From a virus (lineage: Duplodnaviria > Caudoviricetes), in the IMG/VR virus record IMGVR_UViG_3300015370_001131, positions 1 through 32,990 of that record: a DNA stretch of 32,990 nucleotides; one strand, 5' to 3'. The notes below the pieces were generated by a model, which worked only from the letters and a program-made list of their open reading frames with translations, searched no databases and was not told where the DNA came from. How positions within the stretch are numbered: the first letter of the stretch is position 1; each line of letters opens with the position of its first letter. Positions 19,173 to 28,494 of the stretch are shown here, in pieces. The position numbers were made by a program, and so were the translations under genes.

Positions 19173-19574
19173 ATGGTTGGAGAAATCCTGGGCATCCTGG
19201 GGAAAGTCGCTGGCGGAGTCGCCGACCGCATCTTCCCGGACCCGGAGCAGGAACTGAAGCGGATCGAACTGCAGCAGGCGCTGCAGGCGGCCGTCCTGGA
19301 GCGGACCTCGGAGATCGAGCGGGCGGCCGCCGAGGTCGTCAAGGCGGAGGCGCAGGGCCAAAGCTGGCTTCAGCGGACCTGGCGGCCGATCACGATGCTC
19401 GTGTTCGTCGCGCTGATCGTGGCCCGCTGGCTGGGGTGGTCGGCCCCGAACCTGGGCGAGGCCGAGGTCCTGAAGCTCTGGGACATCGTCGAAATCGGCC
19501 TCGGTGGGTACGTGATCGGACGGTCGGCGGAGAAGGTGCTGCCGGGGATCGTCGGTTCACTCAAGAAGAGCTAA
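19173..19574 (+). CDS. Holin, 3TM gene-transfer-release family
   Basis: 'D..FPDPE', 'AEAQG.SWLQR.WRP', 'GLGGY..GRS.EK'; follows the endolysin; GGAG RBS. Confidence 0.85.
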   Translation: MVGEILGILGKVAGGVADRIFPDPEQELKRIELQQALQAAVLERTSEIERAAAEVVKAEAQGQSWLQRTWRPITMLVFVALIVARWLGWSAPNLGEAEVLKLWDIVEIGLGGYVIGRSAEKVLPGIVGSLKKS

Positions 19575-19647
19575 CTCCTTCAATCGATTGCGACTCGGCA
19601 CGGGGACCGCCCCCAGACGGAGGCGGGGCTGAGCATGCATTTCTGTC

Positions 19648-19675
19648 TTGACAAAAACTATCAGTAACTGACAAT
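19648..19675 (+). promoter_or_regulatory. Putative sigma70-type promoter with internal palindrome
   Basis: TTGACA (19648-19653), 16 bp, GACAAT; TCAGT-A-ACTGA palindrome at 19661-19671; upstream of the HTH gene. Confidence 0.5.
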
Positions 19676-19723
19676 AAGCCCTCGTCATCTATCCGAGCCG
19701 CTTCCCCGCAGTCGGAGTTCTAC

Positions 19724-19939
19724 ATGATGGCTGAACCGTCAGGCGATGTTCTCACGATTGATGAACTCGCCGTATACCTTAAAATTCCGAAGTCAACGCT
19801 CTACAAGCTTGTGCGGGAGGGGTCTGTCCCTTGCCAGAAGGTCGGCAAGCACTGGCGATTCCACAGGGACGCCATCGATGATTGGTTGAAAGGACGCCCT
19901 GCTGTAACGCCAAGCAAGAGGTTAACCGCGCCAGGTTAA
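19724..19939 (+). CDS. Excisionase-family helix-turn-helix protein (HTH_17), 71 aa
   Basis: 'VLTIDELAVYLKIPKSTLYKLVREG..P..KVGKHWRF....ID.WL' is characteristic of this family. Confidence 0.9.
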   Translation: MMAEPSGDVLTIDELAVYLKIPKSTLYKLVREGSVPCQKVGKHWRFHRDAIDDWLKGRPAVTPSKRLTAPG

Positions 19940-19945
19940 CCAACT

Positions 19946-20116
19946 GAAGAAGTAACGCCACATGTACTCCGCCACACCTGGGCTACCCTCGCAATCCCAA
20001 AGGGGGACAAGCTTGACCGGCGTTCAGTGCATTCTCGGGCATGGGAGATTGACCACAATCGCCATCTACCTCAATCTGGCCGACGCCACATCGTGCAAGA
20101 ATAAGGGGCCAAATAG
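19946..20116 (+). pseudogene. C-terminal remnant of a tyrosine recombinase
   Basis: Reads VTPHVLRHTWATLAIPKG, then in another frame SLTGVQCILGHGRLTTIAIYLNL, then back to HIVQE*. HxxR, LGH and catalytic Tyr motifs are present; no N-terminus. Confidence 0.85.
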
Positions 20117-22266
20117 TGAAGCAACGTAGGGACCTACGGCAACAAGACACCGCAGAAAAGCTTGTTCGGATACAAGAGATGGCTTCCTTGTCTCTTTCAG
20201 ATATTGCAGTGCTGCTGGGAGCGTCACTTGCCTCAACTGTACGCTGGCAAAGGGGCGACGTGCATCCCAGCCGGGATACAGAACGTAAAATCGACGACCT
20301 ATTAGATCAGGCGACTAATGGCACGATTCCTACCATGAGACACGCATCTCTGTCGCACGTATTTGCGTCCCGAGGCGTCAGAACAAAGCCGGAACCGCTT
20401 TTTGATCATGACATCAAGATCTCCCTAGGCTCTGCGTCAGCACTTTCTTCTGTCCGGCCTGGCGTCAAGGGTTTTTGGGGGAGCAATCAAGCTATCCTAA
20501 GCGAACTGCTTTCAGACCATGAGCATGCCGCGAAGACCCTTCCTGTAGCAAGCCTTGGTGGCATGTCTGCGGGCAAGAACACCTATACATATGATGCCCA
20601 TACGTATCACACTAAGGTTCCGCCTCAAGGTATCGCGGAAGTAATGTCGCGTTATCTGCCAAATGGTGGTCTCGTTCTTGATCCATTTGCTGGAAGTGGC
20701 ATGACGGGCGTGGCAGCACGTGTTCTCGGCCTCGATGTAATACTCAATGAATTGTCGCCAGCGGCTTCGTTCATCGCTGATCGCTTTACGTCATCACTTT
20801 CGCCGGCGATCTATTCGAGCGCCGTTGAAGCAGTCATACAAGAACTGCAGCCACTGCGTGCTCGCCTTTACCAAACCACTTGTCGTGAGTGCGGCCAGTT
20901 CACCGAAATCCTCTACACGGTCTGGTCATATCGTGTCACATGCTACGATTGCGGACACGAGTTTGTCCTTTGGGACCATTGCCGGCGATATGGAAACACC
21001 GTCAGAGAGCATAAGATCCTCTCGGCGTTCCCCTGCCCAGCCTGCGCCGCTCTCTTGAAAAAATCTCGACTCGCTCGAAGTTACGCCGTGCCTGTGTTGC
21101 TCGGCTACAAGTGCTGCTCGCGAACACAGATTGAGCATCCGCTAACCGAATCGGACTTGGCTCTTATCAACGATATTGATGACAGCGTGCCTCTCGCTGA
21201 CGGATTCTATCCGGAAACTGTCTTGCCGGATGGAGTAAATCTATCTCAACCCAAACGACATGGCTTTTTGGAGGTCAAGGATTTCTACACGACCAGAAAC
21301 CTGACCGCTTTGAGTCACCTCTGGAAAACTATTCACCGCGTCAATGACCGTACTGCCGCAGCCTTTCTCGCCTTCGCATTCACCTCGCTATATCAAAGGG
21401 TTACACGCCTATCTGAATATCGGTTTTGGGGGGGGAGTGGCAACACTGCCAACTACAACGTTCCCTATATCTTCAATGAAGCAAATGTATTTGTCACGTT
21501 TGCGCGCAAGGCCAAGTCCATTCGGGACCACCTCGCAACGACCGCGACGCGCTATCGGGGGCGCGCCCTTGTTCGCACCGGCAGCGCAACAAATATATCA
21601 TTTCTCCCGGACGACTCCATCGATTTCATTTTCACGGACCCGCCATTCGGCGCTAACATCAATTACAGTGAAATGAATCTGTTATGGGAATCTTGGCTTG
21701 GTGCTTTTACCGATTGCGTGGAGGAGGCCATCGTAAACCGAACGCAGGGTAAAGGCGTGACCGAATACGGTGACCTGATGCGCCAGAGTCTGCGAGAATG
21801 TTATCGAGTGTTGAGGCCTGGTCACTGGATGGTTCTCGTATTCATGAATTCAAATGCTTCTGTTTGGGAGGCCCTCAAGTCTGCAATCGTCGATAGTGGG
21901 TTTGTACTCGAATCAGCAGAAATATTCGACAAGCAACACGCAACGTTTAAGCAGCTCGTAAGCGAAAATACCGCGGGTAGTGATCTATTGCTACATTGTC
22001 GGAAAGCGGGCTCTAGCAGTAGTGCAAGAAACACTCCGATGGCGGATTCTGTCGCGCGTTCGATTCCGGTCTATCTCGATCAAAGAGAAGGTCAGATTCC
22101 TACGTTGCCATATCTCCACGTCAAGCGTAGCACGGAAGTTGATTATCGCACTCTGTATAGTGAATGGCTCAGTCAAGTTCTCCTTAGCTCGACACCGCCT
22201 ATTGGCTTTGCTGACTTCCGAAGGATCGCATCTGACCACATCTCTAAGCGAGGCATGTCCCGATGA
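20116..22266 (+). CDS. Amino (N6-A/N4-C) DNA methyltransferase with N-terminal Cro/C1 HTH and Zn-ribbon insertion, 716 aa
   Basis: Motif I 'VLDPFAGSGMTG', CxxC pairs (CREC, CYDC, CPAC), motif IV 'TDPPF', 'RVLRPG'; N-terminal 'LSLSDIAVLLGASLASTVRWQRG...P'. Confidence 0.88.
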   Translation: MKQRRDLRQQDTAEKLVRIQEMASLSLSDIAVLLGASLASTVRWQRGDVHPSRDTERKIDDLLDQATNGTIPTMRHASLSHVFASRGVRTKPEPLFDHDIKISLGSASALSSVRPGVKGFWGSNQAILSELLSDHEHAAKTLPVASLGGMSAGKNTYTYDAHTYHTKVPPQGIAEVMSRYLPNGGLVLDPFAGSGMTGVAARVLGLDVILNELSPAASFIADRFTSSLSPAIYSSAVEAVIQELQPLRARLYQTTCRECGQFTEILYTVWSYRVTCYDCGHEFVLWDHCRRYGNTVREHKILSAFPCPACAALLKKSRLARSYAVPVLLGYKCCSRTQIEHPLTESDLALINDIDDSVPLADGFYPETVLPDGVNLSQPKRHGFLEVKDFYTTRNLTALSHLWKTIHRVNDRTAAAFLAFAFTSLYQRVTRLSEYRFWGGSGNTANYNVPYIFNEANVFVTFARKAKSIRDHLATTATRYRGRALVRTGSATNISFLPDDSIDFIFTDPPFGANINYSEMNLLWESWLGAFTDCVEEAIVNRTQGKGVTEYGDLMRQSLRECYRVLRPGHWMVLVFMNSNASVWEALKSAIVDSGFVLESAEIFDKQHATFKQLVSENTAGSDLLLHCRKAGSSSSARNTPMADSVARSIPVYLDQREGQIPTLPYLHVKRSTEVDYRTLYSEWLSQVLLSSTPPIGFADFRRIASDHISKRGMSR

Positions 22267-23240
22267 GCTCTCTTCCTGCGTTCTCTGTAACGGAATACCA
22301 ATCCGCCAAGCGGATTCTTGCCACACAGGTTGCCCTAATGATGGGTCGCAAGCTTGAAGAGGGGGACTGGACCCATGTGTATTGTAATTCCAAGGGGATT
22401 CCCGACACCGGCTGGAGCAATTTGCATATCGATATTGCGCATGAAGGCTTAGGTGTCGAATTAAAGATGCTTCGTTGTGCGCAGCTCAAAGGACGCCCTC
22501 TAAAGTCCGTCTGTGGAACGACACTCATGCATCCTGCTGCAACACGATCAATTCGAATCGACGACCCAGAGAGAGAAGCAAACAAAGTAAAGGACGATGT
22601 TCTCTACCAATACGCAGAACTCATAAACGAAAGATCTCTTCGCGTCGCCCGAACCGGGTCCAGCGGCCGAGCAGATATGCGAACGGGATGGCTAATTTGG
22701 GAAGACACACTGACCGAGTTCCTATATTTCGAGGAGCCAATGATCGCCCCAGATCCGACTGATTTCTACGCCGAGTGGAATATTACGCCTGCGCGTGGGA
22801 TCCGAAAATCCAGCAAGAGCCTTTGGGTTTACGAGGTGGGAACGAATCGCAAGCGGTATTCCGTTACCACAACTGCGGGAATTAAGATTCAGCCGTATTT
22901 TGATGTCCCACCGCCCTCAGACCCGAACCTCTACTATTTCCGTGTCCAGAGCGAGGCGCTTGATGCCGACACCATTCGGTTATGGATTCTTCCGAGCACA
23001 GCGCGAGCTCTTGAGAGCCGCCTCGGAATCCTCAATAAAGAATCCCTAAGTGGGGCCATATTGACTAATGCGGCTGCACTTGCGGCGGCAATTCCGGCAG
23101 ACGCGCCAGACGATGGGCTCGCTGTTCCTGTTTTGATTTCTATGCGCGCTTACGAAGTCTTGGTTGGACTGTGGGAGGCGGTTAGCGATGAGCATCGTGC
23201 GCAAACACTCGCACGGGCTTTAGCATCCCTTCCGAAATAG
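22263..23240 (+). CDS. Putative cognate restriction endonuclease (PD-(D/E)xK-like), 325 aa
   Basis: ATGA-coupled to the methyltransferase; 'LEEGDW...IDI.....GVELKML' fits an E..D..ExK active site. Confidence 0.6.
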   Translation: MSSLPAFSVTEYQSAKRILATQVALMMGRKLEEGDWTHVYCNSKGIPDTGWSNLHIDIAHEGLGVELKMLRCAQLKGRPLKSVCGTTLMHPAATRSIRIDDPEREANKVKDDVLYQYAELINERSLRVARTGSSGRADMRTGWLIWEDTLTEFLYFEEPMIAPDPTDFYAEWNITPARGIRKSSKSLWVYEVGTNRKRYSVTTTAGIKIQPYFDVPPPSDPNLYYFRVQSEALDADTIRLWILPSTARALESRLGILNKESLSGAILTNAAALAAAIPADAPDDGLAVPVLISMRAYEVLVGLWEAVSDEHRAQTLARALASLPK

Positions 23241-23255
23241 CAGGTCCTCTACAGT

Positions 23256-23275
23256 CCCCCGCTCCGAGAGGGGGG
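23256..23275 (+). terminator. Possible terminator hairpin after the RM pair
   Basis: CCCCC-G-CTC-CGA-GAG-GGGGG shortly after the stop codon; only a weak AT tail. Confidence 0.3.
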
Positions 23276-24002
23276 TATATGGAGTCGTTTCTGGGCATTG
23301 TTCAGTGAAGTCAAGTTGGCCCCCGCCGACACCACGCGAGCAGCCGGCACCGCGTGGTTTCAATCTCGTCGGGCCTGCCGGGATCGATATTTAGCCGGCA
23401 TCCAACGGACAGATATCCTCGGGACACTGTAACTCGCATTGTAGCAATTGATTGTCGTATCTGTGTTGTCAGAGGATATTCTATCGACCCGAAACCAAAC
23501 CTCGGGATGATTTCGATAGCGGTTACGTTTGGGGAGCCATCTTTTTTTGCCTCGAACCCGGGTGGGGAGAGGTTAACAGCAGCCCTGGTCCGGTGAGGAT
23601 CGGGGTTTTTGTATGTCTTTGTGGCGGAATGGCTTACGTGTCTGAGAATCGGGTTTGGAAGGTCTCTTGGGGACAGGATAAAAGAGAGAGGTCGCTGGGC
23701 TCGAAATCCGGACGCGGGGGTGTCTCGGAGTCTCGGAATCCTGCACGGAGGGCTATTTTGGTTAACAGCCAGCGCAGGGTCAGGCGGTACATCCAGAGCG
23801 CGGAGCGGTATATGCGATAGTCGACGATCGGGTGTGGACCTGGACGAGCCCGAGTGGGATAATCACTGCCAGGACGTCCGGAGGCTACACCGCCAGGCGG
23901 GATGTCCTGCGGGATGGTTTGGGTATTGAGTGCTGTTTAATTCACGTTGGCCGGAAGCCTGGGGGGCTGCTGAATCACGTTGGGCTAGTGGGAGGGTTCC
24001 TG

Positions 24003-25025
24003 GTGAGTGTCTCGAAGCGATGTTCTTTATGCGCAGTAGTCGTCTCCGGGGACGCCCAGAGGGCCGCCAAGTGGGTCCGTCACTCCTATCCTGTCTTGGC
24101 AGCTGAAGGCGGGGTTCGAATCCTGCTCGTCCCGTGGGGCAAAAATTCTGAAGCAGTGATCCGCGAATTCCCGCCCGTCGTGCAGGTCAAACGAGCGCAA
24201 CTCGAGAACCATACGCTCGAGGACAATCTCAACTTGGCGCTGGTGAGCCTGCTCGAATCCCCGCCTGACCTGGTTGCGTTCCTCGATGATGATACCTATC
24301 TGCGCTCTAACTGGGCGCGGGCAATGTTGCAATCGGCTGAAGAGGACAAGGATGCGGGCGCGTTTGCAAGCGTCGTATTCTCGGCGACCAGCGGGAAGCT
24401 GCAGAGTCAGGGGCATGCGTTTGTAAATGCTGCGCCGCGCGACCGCGGATTTAATGGGAAGGGTCTTACGTGTCCCCTGCTCGGTCCCTGTAGCAATAGC
24501 GCGGTCGTGCGGTGGTCGGCGATCGCGGGAATCCGTGATGTACACCCTCAAGTGTGGGACCCGCTGTTCAATCAGCGACAGACCTGTTTTGACTTCGGCC
24601 TCAAGCTAGCGCTTACGGGCGTGCGTTCCCTGATCGTCGAGGCGGCTGAAGCGGACCATGAAGGGTACCTATCGACTGGCACTGAATGGCCGTACATGCG
24701 TGCAGCGGAGGAGGTCCGGCTGCAGCTGTCGCGGCGATACCTCCTGTATGCCAAGTTCCTATCGGGGAGGGCGTACAAGTGCGCGGTCCGTGCGCTCGAA
24801 GACCGGATTCCGCGCTGGCGTCGGGACGGCTATCCACACTTCCACCAAGTGGTGGGCGATGCAGTGGACGAGGTTCACGCTGCCGCAGTCGTCGAGGCTC
24901 GACGGCTAATGAGCTCGCTGTTGACGTCGGCGTGGCGTACCCTTATGGAGCGCCGGTCTGATCAGTTCGACCTGCTCGGGCTCGGTGATCCTGGCTGTTG
25001 CCTCCCAACAGCAACGTGCAAATGA
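24003..25025 (+). CDS. Glycosyltransferase family 2 protein, about 340 aa
   Basis: GTG at 24003 after GGAGGG; 'N.....N.AL...DLVAFLDDDTYL...W...M' DxD motif; 'DFGLKLAL.G' region. Confidence 0.75.
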   Translation: MSVSKRCSLCAVVVSGDAQRAAKWVRHSYPVLAAEGGVRILLVPWGKNSEAVIREFPPVVQVKRAQLENHTLEDNLNLALVSLLESPPDLVAFLDDDTYLRSNWARAMLQSAEEDKDAGAFASVVFSATSGKLQSQGHAFVNAAPRDRGFNGKGLTCPLLGPCSNSAVVRWSAIAGIRDVHPQVWDPLFNQRQTCFDFGLKLALTGVRSLIVEAAEADHEGYLSTGTEWPYMRAAEEVRLQLSRRYLLYAKFLSGRAYKCAVRALEDRIPRWRRDGYPHFHQVVGDAVDEVHAAAVVEARRLMSSLLTSAWRTLMERRSDQFDLLGLGDPGCCLPTATCK

Positions 25026-25099
25026 CCGGCTCGGCTGGGAAGCCCCGCACAGAGCACGGGCCGCGCACGCCGGCCTCCCGGCTGAAGCCAACGCTAGGT
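25003..25099 (+). other. Degenerate attC-like site closing the GT2 cassette
   Basis: TCCCAAC (R''-like), imperfect GC stems, then GGCTGAAGCCAACGCTAGGT (L'/R'-like). CCCAAC is complementary to the GTTGGGC core at 23979-23985 before the gene. Confidence 0.45.
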
Positions 25100-25558
25100 T
25101 GCGCCTGGGGGCGGAATCAGGAAATGAGCAAAAGCTTATAAACGCTGGTTCAATAGTGCGGCGGGTGACCACTCCCCACCCTACCCCCTCGGGCGACAAA
25201 CGGCACGGGGCGGAATTGTGGACACGGCTGAAGGTCTGTGCTTTACTGGATCTCATGAATGACGGCGTCCATTGACAGGGTTTTTGCTGGCGTCGTAGCC
25301 GCATAATCCCAAGTCTGGAGCCGTCTTTCAACCTTTTCAGCCTTTCAAACCCCCAAATTTATGCAATCATGGGGTTATCAGAGAAAATTGGGCCATTAAG
25401 GTGCCCGATGACGTATTCTTGCCAAAGTGAGCCATTCGACAAGACGGACATGAAGCTTTGGATTGAGAGGTGTCTGGAATACCATGAAGAAGTGATCTGA
25501 TATGATGGTCACGTGCGCTTAATGACTGTCTGGTAGCAGTGAAAGTGTCGCTATAGTT

Positions 25559-26602
25559 ATGGATCCAAAAATAGAAAATGTTTACTTCAAAGATCGCCGC
25601 GGAGAAGTCCGTGGACCGTTTGAAGTCTACAACGAAGATCCAAAGTTCACGATTCTTAATAATAATAGCGGGCCATGGGATCACGTCTTCAGGGGGCATA
25701 CCCTCGTACGCCACCTTTCCAATGGAAGGATTGAAAATCGCCACATCTTCGCTGTAAGTTGGTACGGAGCTATAATGTTCCCATCACTTGAGATCATTGC
25801 CCCGAAACAGGTCGTTAAGCCTGGTTCGGAAAAGCGCTTTGCGCGCGATAGAGCGTTTTCGTGGAATCCGACTGCAGAAGAAATGCCACCTATACTCGAT
25901 TTTCGTCCTGGCACAACTATCATGGGTGGCCGCGACAGTGGTTTTTACGATAGCGAGGGGATCATAATTGAAGCTGAACATACAGGCGGAGACCCAAAGC
26001 GGGAAGAGGACTGGTTGTTTCGAGTCATTGCAAAGACTACTGATGGGGAATGGCTGGGGCCCTACTGGATCCTTCTCTGTGATGTTGGGTTCCCGATTAC
26101 TGAGCCGGAATGGTTATGGGAATTCCCCTTGGAGCCAAGCAAGCCGATCGACGAACTCCTGGCAGCCGGAGAGCAGGAACTTTTTGAGTACTTCGCAAGT
26201 CACCCGAAAGAGCTAGTGAACCTTAGCCCGCGACGTTTCGAAGAGTTAGTTTTGGCGATATACCGAAATCTGGGCTTTGCGACCGAGAGAGTAGGTGCCT
26301 GGAATCAGCAAGATGGTGGGGTGGATTTACTTGCGGTTTCGAGAACGGAGGCGGGAACGGAATTTCGGATCGCGATCCAATGCAAGACTTCGGGGCGGAA
26401 AATATCGGCACGACCGATTCGTGAGCTGGCCGGAGTACTTGGTGTTTTTCACGCACACCAAGGCGTCGTTGCGACGACCTCAGCATTTACTGGACCTGCG
26501 AGAAAGGAGGTCGAGGGGTCGCTGTGGCAAATTTCACTGCAAGACAAAGACGACTTATATAGACGTATTTTATCGATTCTTGTACCAGATTTGAAATTAT
26601 GA
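25559..26602 (+). CDS. Mrr-family restriction endonuclease domain protein with unknown N-terminal domain, 347 aa
   Basis: C-terminal 'LSPRRFEELV..IY..LGF......DGGVDL......IQCK......IRELAG......G..ATTS.FT..A'. Confidence 0.85.
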   Translation: MDPKIENVYFKDRRGEVRGPFEVYNEDPKFTILNNNSGPWDHVFRGHTLVRHLSNGRIENRHIFAVSWYGAIMFPSLEIIAPKQVVKPGSEKRFARDRAFSWNPTAEEMPPILDFRPGTTIMGGRDSGFYDSEGIIIEAEHTGGDPKREEDWLFRVIAKTTDGEWLGPYWILLCDVGFPITEPEWLWEFPLEPSKPIDELLAAGEQELFEYFASHPKELVNLSPRRFEELVLAIYRNLGFATERVGAWNQQDGGVDLLAVSRTEAGTEFRIAIQCKTSGRKISARPIRELAGVLGVFHAHQGVVATTSAFTGPARKEVEGSLWQISLQDKDDLYRRILSILVPDLKL

Positions 26603-26613
26603 CATGCCTTCCA

Positions 26614-26850
26614 TCAAATGTTTGAATGACCCATCTCAAGGGACCCCATGAGCCTGCTAACCCTTGCCCTCAACACCCCGCACATACGCGCCACGGCCGC
26701 CGTCTCAGCTACCTCCCCGGACCGGACGAGTCCATCGATCCAGTAGGCGAGGGCGAGATTCCGGGCCCGGCGAGACGCCCAGTCCTGCCCCTGTCGTTCG
26801 GCCTTGGCCCTGGGGGTGCGGACCAGGTCACCCCGCAGCCTAGCGCGGTA
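26614..26850 (-). pseudogene. 5'-truncated copy 1 of the recombinase-coupled HTH gene
   Basis: Translates AKAERQGQDWASRRARNLALAYWIDGLVRSGEVAETAAVARMCGVLRARVSRLMG; no start codon before the homologous part. Confidence 0.85.
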
Positions 26851-28494
26851 TCACTCGATTTCTTCTTCAGCCAACCCGACAACTGACGTATCGAGCTCCA
26901 ATTGTCGATTCAGCCACGCCTCCCGGGCGGCGGGGTCGTCTTTGATGGCTCTTTCGATCGCCAACGTCTCGCGGTAGTCCCGGGCTTCAGCGGCCATAGT
27001 CCATTTACACTCGAGACCCAGAGCTTCGATCTCCTGACGGATATCGGCGATGGTGGCCCGGAAGAACTCCTTCCGATAATTTACCTTGTTGACTTGCGCA
27101 AGCGCGAAATGGCGGTGCAGGCGAGTCTCCAGCGTTGGCGCGTCATCAGAAAGAATCATGGCGTGCACGTCGAAATCGAACGGAACACTTGAATCGCCGA
27201 GTTCGCGTACTCGATCCAGGGGTTCAAGTCTGCGCGTCAGGCCAATTTTGAAGACATCGTCCCCGAAAGAGCCAATGTTGGAAATGATATAGACGTGGCC
27301 GCGGCGGGTTTGCTGGGCCATCGAAATTGCACGCTGATTGCGCTCTTCCGTTTCAAGGAGCTTCGCCGTCAGCTCTGCCAGCTTCTGCTCGAATGCCGCG
27401 CGCTGTTCAGCATTGGCGTGTGCAACCTGCTCCTGTGCCTTGGCCATGGCCTTACGTAGCATATCCTCTTCCTTGGCTGCGTCGCGAATGGCTCGCTCGA
27501 ATTCCTTGCGGGCCTTTTCCTCTTCGCGCAGTTGCTCTCGTACGCGGCGCTGCTCCTCGCGCTCCTCGAGCTTCAGCTGCTGTGCCACCGCCGCCCATCT
27601 CAGCTCATCGAGTCGGGCAGCCAAGTACTGATCGGTGATGTGTGCGTCGCGGAATGCCTTGCCGTTGAGGTTGACAACAGTGAAGGCATCCCGGATTTCC
27701 TGGGAAAGCGTACCGGCGTTGTCATGGCGGACGCGAGAAAGGATCGAATCTACCTTGCCATTGAAAGCGTCGGTAACGAAGGCGATGGCAGTTGTTCGAC
27801 GGTTGTCCTCAACGTATGAACACGAGGCGGCTGTGTCGCTGCGAATCATTGACCGTGTCACTTTGCGGGCGTTCTTGAGGGCTTCTCCAGCCTCGGTGTA
27901 GCCAAATTCCTCGGCAAGGTCATCAAGAAGGCTAATGCTCGGGATGAGGTATGCATCCCCGTAGCCGTCGACTATGTTCTTCATAGCGCGCGCTGCCTTT
28001 TCGTATAGGGCGGCGTTGTTCATTGCCTTATAGGCCTCTCCAGCGATCTGCTCCGCGTTTGCATGGGCGTCGGAAATAATCTTGGTGGCCTGGGTCGCGG
28101 CGCAATCCAGAGCAGATTGGGCATCGTCTTTCATTGTCTTGGCCTGCTGGCGCGCGTGGGACAATGCCGTCATTGCTTCTGAGGCAGCCAAGGTTCGTTC
28201 TGATTCTGCATTTGCGAGAATCTCCGCAGCTTTTGCGGAAGCATCGACAATACCGCGATATTGAGATAGGGTGGCGACTTCAGATAGAGCCTTTGACAAA
28301 TTCTCGTTGGATTGCTGCAGTGAAGATTCAAGTTCCTGTGTTTTCGCTGTGGCCTGGGTTAAGTGGTCCTTGGCCTCGCGTAGAGCCGCGGCGCGATCGC
28401 GCGACAGTTTTGTCTGTTGAACAAGTCGATTGCCCAACACCGCGATAGCAACGATGAAGATGACAAGGAGAGCGTAGGCAAGATTGGTGATCAT
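26851..28494 (-). CDS. DUF4041 + T5orf172 (GIY-YIG-like) protein with N-terminal membrane anchor and coiled coil, 547 aa
   Basis: 'GHVYIISNIGSFGDDVFKIGLTRRLEPLDRVRELGDSSVPFDFDVHAMI...VNKVN.RKEFF'. Confidence 0.9.
   Translation of the reverse strand: MITNLAYALLVIFIVAIAVLGNRLVQQTKLSRDRAAALREAKDHLTQATAKTQELESSLQQSNENLSKALSEVATLSQYRGIVDASAKAAEILANAESERTLAASEAMTALSHARQQAKTMKDDAQSALDCAATQATKIISDAHANAEQIAGEAYKAMNNAALYEKAARAMKNIVDGYGDAYLIPSISLLDDLAEEFGYTEAGEALKNARKVTRSMIRSDTAASCSYVEDNRRTTAIAFVTDAFNGKVDSILSRVRHDNAGTLSQEIRDAFTVVNLNGKAFRDAHITDQYLAARLDELRWAAVAQQLKLEEREEQRRVREQLREEEKARKEFERAIRDAAKEEDMLRKAMAKAQEQVAHANAEQRAAFEQKLAELTAKLLETEERNQRAISMAQQTRRGHVYIISNIGSFGDDVFKIGLTRRLEPLDRVRELGDSSVPFDFDVHAMILSDDAPTLETRLHRHFALAQVNKVNYRKEFFRATIADIRQEIEALGLECKWTMAAEARDYRETLAIERAIKDDPAAREAWLNRQLELDTSVVGLAEEEIE

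Noticed and set aside
1-19600. Many long overlapping or antisense ORFs and N-terminal extensions in the ORF track (e.g. starts at 2694, 4262, 6338, 11065, 15252)
   Set aside because: Shadow ORFs typical of high-GC DNA with Arg/Pro/Gly-rich translations; the true starts are marked by stop/start coupling and RBSs.
19607-19626. Terminator after the holin gene
   Set aside because: Imperfect CCGCC/GGCGG stem without an adjacent U-tract; too weak to call.
19946-20116. Remnant as the integron integrase (IntI) for the attC-like sites
   Set aside because: The tail 'IYLNL' and 'ATLA..KG.SL' differ from the IntI-type 'ATHLL..GYDIRTVQELLGH..V.TT.IYTHV'; it looks like a generic phage/Xer-like recombinase.
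23280-23980. ORFs 23354-23596, 23452-23820 and 23609-23929
   Set aside because: Mutually overlapping, no clear RBS or motif; possibly decayed cargo but not supportable.
25272-25307. TTGACA ... CATAAT promoter
   Set aside because: The spacer is 24 bp, too long for sigma70.
26614-26853. Stop-codon readthrough fusing DUF4041 to HTH copy 1, which is in frame after the TGA
   Set aside because: A one-in-three chance coincidence; the copy is truncated and carries substitutions in otherwise conserved residues.
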